Assembly: GCA_041483195.1 (NCBI GenBank)
Contig: JBGPFC010000003.1
Span: 96,001 to 160,000 of the forward strand
Source of the DNA: Candidatus Eiseniibacteriota bacterium
Lineage (GTDB): Bacteria > Eisenbacteria > RBG-16-71-46
DNA: 64,000 bases
Direction of reading: 5' to 3'
Shown: positions 57,696-64,000 of the stretch, piece after piece
How positions within the stretch are numbered: position 1 is the stretch's first letter
Layout: each line of letters opens with the position of its first letter
Program-made: the position numbers and the translations under genes
The notes under the pieces: model-generated
Told to the model about the DNA's origin: nothing
What the model saw: only the letters and a program-made list of their open reading frames with translations
The model's database searches: none

Positions 57696-59893
57696 CAGGC
57701 GCCCCGGGCGGCGACGCGCATGCGCGCGTCGATCGCGAGCACGCCCTGGCCGGGCGGCAGCGCGCGCACCGGGTTCAGATCCATCTCGAGCAGCAGCGGC
57801 TGCTCCTCGGAGAGCTGCGCGACGCTCAGAATTGCCGACTCGATCGCGGCGAGGTCGGCGGGCGGCGCGCCGCGGTAGCCCTCGAGCAGCGGAAACGCCC
57901 GCACCTCGCGCATCATCTCGCGCGCGTCGCGGTCGGTGAGCGGCGCGATGCGGAACGAAACGTCCTTCAGCATCTCGACGTGGATGCCCCCGAGCCCGAA
58001 CATCACGAGCGGCCCGAACGTGGCGTCGCGGCTCATGCCGAGGATGGTCTCGGTGCCGTCGCGCACCAGCGGCTGCAGCGTTGCGCCCTGCATCTCGCCC
58101 AGCTTGCCGGCCTGATCGAGCCGCGCGCGCATGCCGTTCCACGCCTTGCGCACCTCGTTGGCGCTGCGCAGGTCGAGCGCCACGCCGCCCACGTCGGACT
58201 TGTGCGTGAGCGTCTCGGAGTCGAGCTTGAGCACCACCGGGAAGCCCAGCTCCTCGGCCGCCGCCATCGCCTCGTCTGCGGAGTCCGCGTGCCGCGCCGG
58301 CGGCTGCGCGATGCCGTACGCCGCGAGCACCTCGCCCACCTCGTCCGGGCGCAGCCAGCCGCCGCCGCGCGCTGCCGCGCGCTCCATCACGAGCGCGGCG
58401 CGCGCGGTGTCCGCCGGCTGGCGCACGAAGGTTCCTTCCTCCGCCGAGCGCCACCGCCCGTACTGCACGGCCCGCGCGAGCGCGATCGCCGCCGACTCCG
58501 GAAACGCGTAAGAGGGCATGTGCCCCTCGTGCAGCGTGCGCAGCCCTTCCTTCACGCCGTGGGTTCCCATGAAGCAGGTGAGCACCGGCTTGTGCGGGCG
58601 GCGCTCCGCGTCGGCGCGCTGAGTCGCTGCCGCGACGCCGTGCACGATCGACTCCGCGATCTCGGTGGGCGTGGTGACGATCGGCGGCACGTAGAGCGCC
58701 AGCAGCGCGTCCACGTTGGGGTCGGCCAGCACCAGCGCGATCGCCTTCTCGAAAGCGGCGGGCGTCGCGGAGGCGATCATGTCGACCGGATTGCGGGTCG
58801 AGGCCTCGGGCGGAAGGAACGCGCGCAGCTGCGCGACGGTGGATTCGTCGAGCAGCGGCACCTCGAGACCGTGGCTCTCGCACGCGTCGGACGCCATGAT
58901 GCCGGGCCCGCCCGCGTTGGTGACGATGCCCACGCGCTTGCCGAGCGGCACCGGCTGGTTCGCGAGCAGCATCGCGACGTCGAACATCTCCTCCATCGTG
59001 TCGGTGCGGATCACGCCCGACTGTCGGCACAGTGCGTCCACCGCGGCGTCGGCGCCGGCGATCGATCCGGTGTGCGAAGAGGCGGCCCGCTGGCCCGCCC
59101 GCGTGCGGCCGCTCTTCACCGCGACGATCGGCTTGGTGCGTGCGACGCGCCGCGCGATCTGGGTGAAGCGGCGGGGATTTCCGAAGGATTCGAGGTAGAG
59201 CAGTATGAGGCGCGTCGCGGGATCCCGCTCCCAGAACTCGAGCAGGTCGTTGCCAGAGACGTCGGCCTTGTTGCCGACGCTCACGAACTGCGAGATCCCG
59301 ATGTTGAGCGATGACGCGTACTCGAGGATCGCGAGCCCCAGCGCGCCGCTCTGCGACGAGAACCCGATCGCGCCCGCCGGCGGATAGATCGGCGCGAAGG
59401 TCGCATCGAGCCGCACCCCGCCCTCGGTGTTGATCACCCCCAGGCAGTTGGGGCCGACGAGCCGCATCGCGTGGGCGCGCACCACCTCGAGCAGGCGGCG
59501 CTCCAGGTCGCGGCCCTTCTCGCCGGTCTCTTTGAAGCCCGCGCTGATCACCACCACCGCCTTCACGCCCTTCTTGCCACAGGCTTCGACGGTGGCGATC
59601 ACGTGGGCCGCCGGCACCACGACGATCGCGAGATCCACGTCGCCGGGCGCGGCTTCGATCGAGGGATAGGCCGCGACCGATTGAATCACGCCCGACTTGG
59701 GATTGACCGGATAGACCGGCCCGTTGAAGCCGTGGCTCAGCAGGTTGTGGAAGATCGCCCCGCCGATGCTGCCCGGATCGCGCGATGCGCCGATCACGGC
59801 GACGGAGCGGGGACGAAACAGCGGCTCGAGCGATGCGACGGCGCGATGGTTCGCGCTCGCCTCCGGCTCGGTGACGGTCAGGGCAGGATTCAT
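57695..59893 (-). CDS. ADP-forming acetate/acyl-CoA ligase (fused alpha-beta)
   Basis: PRSVAVIGAS, YPVNP, GPNCLG, SQSGA, GNKAD, phospho-His ASSHTG, ATP-grasp HKSDVGGV, FGLGG. No GNAT domain. Start 59893 or 59914. Confidence 0.9.
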   Translation of the reverse strand: MNPALTVTEPEASANHRAVASLEPLFRPRSVAVIGASRDPGSIGGAIFHNLLSHGFNGPVYPVNPKSGVIQSVAAYPSIEAAPGDVDLAIVVVPAAHVIATVEACGKKGVKAVVVISAGFKETGEKGRDLERRLLEVVRAHAMRLVGPNCLGVINTEGGVRLDATFAPIYPPAGAIGFSSQSGALGLAILEYASSLNIGISQFVSVGNKADVSGNDLLEFWERDPATRLILLYLESFGNPRRFTQIARRVARTKPIVAVKSGRTRAGQRAASSHTGSIAGADAAVDALCRQSGVIRTDTMEEMFDVAMLLANQPVPLGKRVGIVTNAGGPGIMASDACESHGLEVPLLDESTVAQLRAFLPPEASTRNPVDMIASATPAAFEKAIALVLADPNVDALLALYVPPIVTTPTEIAESIVHGVAAATQRADAERRPHKPVLTCFMGTHGVKEGLRTLHEGHMPSYAFPESAAIALARAVQYGRWRSAEEGTFVRQPADTARAALVMERAAARGGGWLRPDEVGEVLAAYGIAQPPARHADSADEAMAAAEELGFPVVLKLDSETLTHKSDVGGVALDLRSANEVRKAWNGMRARLDQAGKLGEMQGATLQPLVRDGTETILGMSRDATFGPLVMFGLGGIHVEMLKDVSFRIAPLTDRDAREMMREVRAFPLLEGYRGAPPADLAAIESAILSVAQLSEEQPLLLEMDLNPVRALPPGQGVLAIDARMRVAARGA

Positions 59894-59982
59894 GGGATTC
59901 TCATGCGGCCGCATGGTTCAAGACCAGGGGGGCGACACGCGGCCAGTCTCGCACAGGCGTGCGGCGAGGGGAAAGCGGGGGG

Positions 59983-61197
59983 CTACGCCGCGGTGCGGTG
60001 CCTCATCTCGCGCAGGCGGTGATACATCTCCTCGAGCGCGAACAGGCTGCGCTCGCGGTCGTGCTTCTCGACCGCGGTGAGGCGCGTGGTCTCGCCGAAC
60101 GACGCGCGCGCGTGCGGGTCCACCAGCATGGTGCAGATGCCGTTCGCGAAAGACGGCGTGTCACGGGGCGGGACCAGGAAGCCTTCCTCGCCCTGGCGGA
60201 TCAGGTCCTGGATCGCGCCCGCCGGGCTCGCGATCACGGCGAGGCCGGTCGCGAGCGCGTGCAGCACGAACAGCCCGCCCGGCTCGTTCGCGATCACCGG
60301 CGCGATCGCCACCTGGCACGACGCGTAGAGCGCGGGCAGGTCGCCGGATGAAACCGACGGCAGCGTATGAATCCCCTCGCCGACGCCCAGCTCGAGCGAC
60401 TCGGCGAGGAACACCTGGTCCCAGTCGGGGTTCGCGGGGTCGCGTCCCGCCACCACGAACTCCACGTCGGGCATCCGCGCCCGGACCGCGACGATGATGT
60501 CGATCAGCTTGTCGGCGCCCCGCGCGTGGGTGGGCGGCCCGAGGAAGAGCACGCGCGGCGCGCCGCGGGTCGCGAACAGCGCGCCCACGTCGGGCGAGAG
60601 CGGCGGCTCGGGCTCCGGGCAGAATCGCGCGGTGTCCACGCCGTAATCGAGAAGCTCGATCGCGCGCCCGAGGCCGGCGTTGAGCCGCACGCGGTTGAAC
60701 GCCGAATGCGCGAGCACGATGCGCGCGCCCGCGAGCAGCTCGACCCGCTCCTCCATCGAGCGCAGTCGCGAGAGCCCGGCGCACGCGCCGCAGCCCTGGA
60801 ACGGGTAGTGCTCGCCGCACGCGACGAGTCGCGGCCGGCGCAGCAGGTCGTTGTTCGGACAGATCGGCCAGAAGTCGTGAACGTCGACCAGCACCGGCAG
60901 CTCGCGCAGGATCTCGATCACGCGCGGCCCGAATGGCCCGGCGCTCGCGACGTGCACCACGTCCGGCGCATTCTCGAGCGCGTCGCCGAGCGCGCCCTCG
61001 AAGCCGCCCGGCCCGGCGCGCCGCACCACGACGTCGGGCGGGACCTCGGGCGTCTGCCATGACTCGAGCGGGTTGACGCACAGCACCTCGACCCGGTGAC
61101 CGCGCGTCGCCCACAGCGCCGCCAGCTCCGAGAGCCAGAGGCCGGGCTCGGAGAGGTGGGAGGCCTCGATGCCGTCGACGATGAACAGCACTTTCAC
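59983..61197 (-). CDS. Glycosyltransferase family 4 with Cys-rich insert
   Basis: GTGA overlap; HDFWPICP...C...C..C, YGVD, EPGGL....ALATG. Confidence 0.85.
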   Translation of the reverse strand: MKVLFIVDGIEASHLSEPGLWLSELAALWATRGHRVEVLCVNPLESWQTPEVPPDVVVRRAGPGGFEGALGDALENAPDVVHVASAGPFGPRVIEILRELPVLVDVHDFWPICPNNDLLRRPRLVACGEHYPFQGCGACAGLSRLRSMEERVELLAGARIVLAHSAFNRVRLNAGLGRAIELLDYGVDTARFCPEPEPPLSPDVGALFATRGAPRVLFLGPPTHARGADKLIDIIVAVRARMPDVEFVVAGRDPANPDWDQVFLAESLELGVGEGIHTLPSVSSGDLPALYASCQVAIAPVIANEPGGLFVLHALATGLAVIASPAGAIQDLIRQGEEGFLVPPRDTPSFANGICTMLVDPHARASFGETTRLTAVEKHDRERSLFALEEMYHRLREMRHRTAA

Positions 61198-61655
61198 GCC
61201 GCGCGATCTCCTTCGTCGTTGCCTTCGAAAAATGCGGTGAGCGCTTCGAGGTCGTCGCGCGCCGCGCCGTGTCCGGGATGAATCCAGAGCGTGTGATAGA
61301 GCAGGCGCAGCGAATCCTCGACGCCGCCCAGCTCGAAGCATGCGGTCGCCGCCATGTACCAGAGGCGCGGCTCGTGCGGTGCGAACGAGAGCCCGCGCAG
61401 CGATCGCGACAGCGCCTCGTGCGCGTCGCCACGCCGCAGCGCGCTCTCCGCGCCGCGCAGCAGACCCAGCGCGGCTTCGCCGTCGGGCGGCGGATCGATG
61501 CCCGGGATGTAGCGCTCGAGGGCTTCGGTCGCGACTCTCAGCGTCTGAGAGACGAAAGGCTCGGGCGGCGATGCGCTGGTGGAGGCAACACGGTCCGCGA
61601 GTGCTGCGAGCGCACGGCTGATGTCGTCGATCGAGGGATTGGACGCCGCGGACAC
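61194..61655 (-). CDS. Small TPR-like protein
   Basis: GGGAGG RBS before GTG at 61655; A...L.RG...EAL....GL..AP...LWY..A helical repeat pattern. Confidence 0.65.
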   Translation of the reverse strand: MSAASNPSIDDISRALAALADRVASTSASPPEPFVSQTLRVATEALERYIPGIDPPPDGEAALGLLRGAESALRRGDAHEALSRSLRGLSFAPHEPRLWYMAATACFELGGVEDSLRLLYHTLWIHPGHGAARDDLEALTAFFEGNDEGDRAA

Positions 61656-61759
61656 TGGACACCTCCCGGACACGGGGAAACGCGCATTCCGCCCTGAGAC
61701 GGAATAGCCGATTTAGGGGCCCGATCGCGCCGGGACCCGATGGAAATTCAGCAAACGGA

Positions 61760-61787
61760 TTATCGGCAGGGCGGTTAGCGGGCTGAA
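61760..61787 (-). promoter_or_regulatory. Sigma28-like promoter TTCA-N16-GCCGATAA
   Basis: Perfect -10 octamer with a weak -35, in an AT-richer intergenic region oriented to the TPR-GT4 operon. Confidence 0.35.
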
Positions 61788-61857
61788 CCGAAGGCTCGGG
61801 GTTGCCGCGAAACACGCGGAATCGGAGGGTTTCCCCGCATTTCGAGCGGGGCGGCGG

Positions 61858-62946
61858 CTACCTGGGGCCGGCCGGTTCGGACCGGCCCACGGCGGGGCCG
61901 CCCGCGCCCTGCTGGTAGTCGAGCCAGGCCTTGCGGTCGTGGGGCGCGGGCTCCTCCCCCGCGAGCGACCACCACATGCGCCACGCCGGTCGCGCCGCGG
62001 TCCACCATTCGTCCCAGGTCGTGGCGCTCGCGGCGCTCGACGTGCGGCGAATGCCGCCGAGGAGATCGGGCGAGCCGTCGCGCGAGCCGTTCAACTTCAG
62101 CGCGAGCGTGACCGGCAGCTCGAAGCCCCGCGGGACCTGCTCGAGCTCTCGCATGCGCGGCAGCGTCCGCGTCGCGGTGCTCGCAACCGTGGCGTCGCGC
62201 GTCGTGTCGGAGTATCCGACCACGAGCGGCGCGAGATCGGACTCGAGCGGCGCGAGGCTGTCGTTCGCCACGACCGCGGCCAGATCGGCGAGCAGCAGCA
62301 CGCCGTACGCGCGCGCCACCGCGTGCCGGTCGCGGAGCAGGTCGAGCGCAGCGGGCACCGCGAATCCGCCGAGCGAGTTCGCGCTCGCGATCCGCCGCTG
62401 CACTTCGGTGGGCGCCGCGTCGTGGCTCATGAGCTGGGCGGTGGTCGGCTGCCCGACGTCGAACACCGGGCTCGCGGCGAGCGACTCCGCGATCACGAAC
62501 CCGCGCGCGACGTCCACCGAGATCACGGCGTAGAGCGCGGGATAACGCCCCACGTCGGCCGACGACAGCGTGGTCAACATGCCGAGCGAGAGCAGCGTGC
62601 GCACGCGCGCGCGGCCGGGCTCTTCGCGCGCGAGATGGCTCGCATCGAGGGCGCCGAGCATCGCGGGGCCGGCCAGCGCGAGGCGGAGCTGCGCCTCGCG
62701 CCACTCGGCGGCGTCCTCGCTCGCGAGCTGGCGGACGAATCGGCGAACGCGGCGCGGCGCGCCCACCAGGTCGAGCCCGGCGACGGGCGCGGGGGTCGCG
62801 ATCTCGGCGGACGTGTCCGGGGCCGCGGCGTCTTGCGCACGCGCCGGGACCGGGGCGATCGCGAGCGCGAACATGAGCGCCGCCGCGGCGGCGCATCCGG
62901 CGGCCGCGAGCGCGGCGGCCGCGCGTCCGGCCGCGCTCCCGATCAC
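61858..62946 (-). CDS. Hypothetical exported helical (HEAT-like) protein
   Basis: Ala-rich signal ending ARA-QD; helical repeats; Trp-rich tail WDEWW..WRMWW. Confidence 0.65.
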   Translation of the reverse strand: MIGSAAGRAAAALAAAGCAAAAALMFALAIAPVPARAQDAAAPDTSAEIATPAPVAGLDLVGAPRRVRRFVRQLASEDAAEWREAQLRLALAGPAMLGALDASHLAREEPGRARVRTLLSLGMLTTLSSADVGRYPALYAVISVDVARGFVIAESLAASPVFDVGQPTTAQLMSHDAAPTEVQRRIASANSLGGFAVPAALDLLRDRHAVARAYGVLLLADLAAVVANDSLAPLESDLAPLVVGYSDTTRDATVASTATRTLPRMRELEQVPRGFELPVTLALKLNGSRDGSPDLLGGIRRTSSAASATTWDEWWTAARPAWRMWWSLAGEEPAPHDRKAWLDYQQGAGGPAVGRSEPAGPR

Positions 62947-62959
62947 GCGATCTCGCGGG

Positions 62960-63850
62960 CTAATGCGCGCGCCCCCGCGCCGGCCACGCGCCGAGCAGAA
63001 ACTGCTCGATGAGATTGCCGGCGACCGTCATGCGGTACTCGCGGCTGGAGCGGATGTCGTCGATCGGCGCGATGTCGCGGGCGAGCGCGGCGCGGGCCCG
63101 TGCCGCGGCCTCGGGGCCGGGGCGCATGCCGTGCAGCGCGCGCTCCGCGCGCCGCGCCCGCACCGGGACCGGCGCCACGCTCCCGAACGCGAGCCGCGCG
63201 GCGTCGATCGCGCCGCGGGCGTCCGGCACCAGGATGCCGGAGCAGACCACCTTCGAAATGCTCTGCGCCCGCCGCGTGCCCACCTTGCGGAAGAACGTGA
63301 CCGCCCGGCTCTGGGGAAACGCCAGCTCGATCGCGGTGATCAGCTCGTTGCGCTCGAGCGCGAGGTCGCGATAGCCGCGGAACAACTCGGCGAACGCGAT
63401 GGATCGCGCGCCGCGGACCGATTGCACCCGCACCACCGCTTCGTGCGCGAGCAGCACCGGCAGCGAGTCGCCGGCGGGCGATGCGTTCGCGATGTTCCCG
63501 CCGATGGTCGCGCGCGCCTGGATCTGCCACGCCCCGATCTCGGAGGCGGCGGCCGCGAGCGATGGCAGCCGGCGGCGGATCACGTCGTGATCGCGAATCG
63601 CGCGAAACGTGGTGCCGGCGCCGATCGTGACGCCGGCCCGTGTGGCGCGGATGCCGCGCAGCTCGTCGAGCGGCGAGAGATCGAGGAAGCGCCGCGCCTC
63701 GAGCTGGCCTGCGTTGAGGTACACGAACAGGTCGGTGCCGCCCGCGAGCGGCGTGAGGCGCTCTCCCGAAAGCGATGCGTCGAGCAGCTCGAGCGCGTGC
63801 CCGAGCGATCGCGGGCGCCGAAGCTCGAGCGTCGAGAGCGCGGCCCTCAT
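62960..63850 (-). CDS. Xanthine dehydrogenase/CoxM-family FAD-binding subunit
   Basis: PLAGGTDL, IGAWQIQARATIGGNIANASPAGDS, FRKVGTR, PIDDIRSSREYR; ATGA overlap. Confidence 0.92.
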   Translation of the reverse strand: MRAALSTLELRRPRSLGHALELLDASLSGERLTPLAGGTDLFVYLNAGQLEARRFLDLSPLDELRGIRATRAGVTIGAGTTFRAIRDHDVIRRRLPSLAAAASEIGAWQIQARATIGGNIANASPAGDSLPVLLAHEAVVRVQSVRGARSIAFAELFRGYRDLALERNELITAIELAFPQSRAVTFFRKVGTRRAQSISKVVCSGILVPDARGAIDAARLAFGSVAPVPVRARRAERALHGMRPGPEAAARARAALARDIAPIDDIRSSREYRMTVAGNLIEQFLLGAWPARGRAH

Positions 63851-63999
63851 GGCGTGCGCCGACGCGCGCGCTTCGTCGCGGGCTTGCGAGCGGGGCGGGC
63901 CGCGGCGCGCGTGCGCTTCGCGGCCGCCTTGCGCGCGGGGCGGGCCGCGGCGCGCACGGCGTCCACGATCTTCTGGTAGCCAGTGCAGCGGCAGAGATT
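63847..63999 (-). CDS. Xanthine dehydrogenase/CoxS-family [2Fe-2S] subunit, C-terminal part (5' end beyond window)
   Basis: Manual translation: NLCRCTGYQKIVDAVRAAARPARKAAAKRTRAAARPARKPATKRARRRTP*. Confidence 0.88.
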   Translation of the reverse strand, partial: NLCRCTGYQKIVDAVRAAARPARKAAAKRTRAAARPARKPATKRARRRTP

Positions 64000-64000
64000 C

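Noticed and set aside
57695..59893. Protein lysine acetyltransferase (Pat/YfiQ)
   Set aside because: There is no GNAT domain and the phospho-accepting His (SHTG) is intact.
62943..63530. Alternative-frame ORF whose stop overlaps the GTG at 62946, hinting at a frameshift in the FAD subunit
   Set aside because: The 62960..63850 frame is complete with a normal C-terminus, and the other frame has no recognisable motifs.

Overview
This is a very GC-rich (visually about 70%), gene-dense bacterial chromosome segment with about 55 genes. I saw no rRNA, tRNA, CRISPR array, integrase or transposase. Three secreted proteins end in the same FlgD-Ig/T9SS-type C-terminal domain, which suggests an FCB-group organism such as Ca. 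Eisenbacteria (inference only). Main content: (1) a divergon with apbE-rnfC-rnfD-rnfG-rnfE(partial) on the minus strand facing a ferredoxin and a divergent three-subunit 2-oxoacid:ferredoxin oxidoreductase, where RnfE lacks the second Fe-S-ligating Cys motif; (2) a reductive pyrimidine catabolism set (mmsA, beta-ureidopropionase, hydA, preT, preA, NCS1 transporter, plus xanthine-dehydrogenase-family subunits at the right edge), all on the minus strand but spread out by unrelated genes, with no beta-alanine aminotransferase in the window and a saccharopine/lysine-6-dehydrogenase-like gene directly behind preA; (3) icd divergent from a split pntA1-pntA2-pntB transhydrogenase, and an ADP-forming acyl-CoA ligase; (4) a TolC-MFP-RND-response regulator-kinase operon continuing into GT-C and PIG-L envelope-modification genes; (5) a cohesin-dockerin-cohesin-like secreted protein. 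Candidate non-coding signals include a structured leader with a coupled uORF before a DUF4032 gene, a 26-aa sORF before hydA, two sigma28-like promoters and a palindromic operator in the Rnf divergon. All calls come from reading motifs by eye; no database searches were run.
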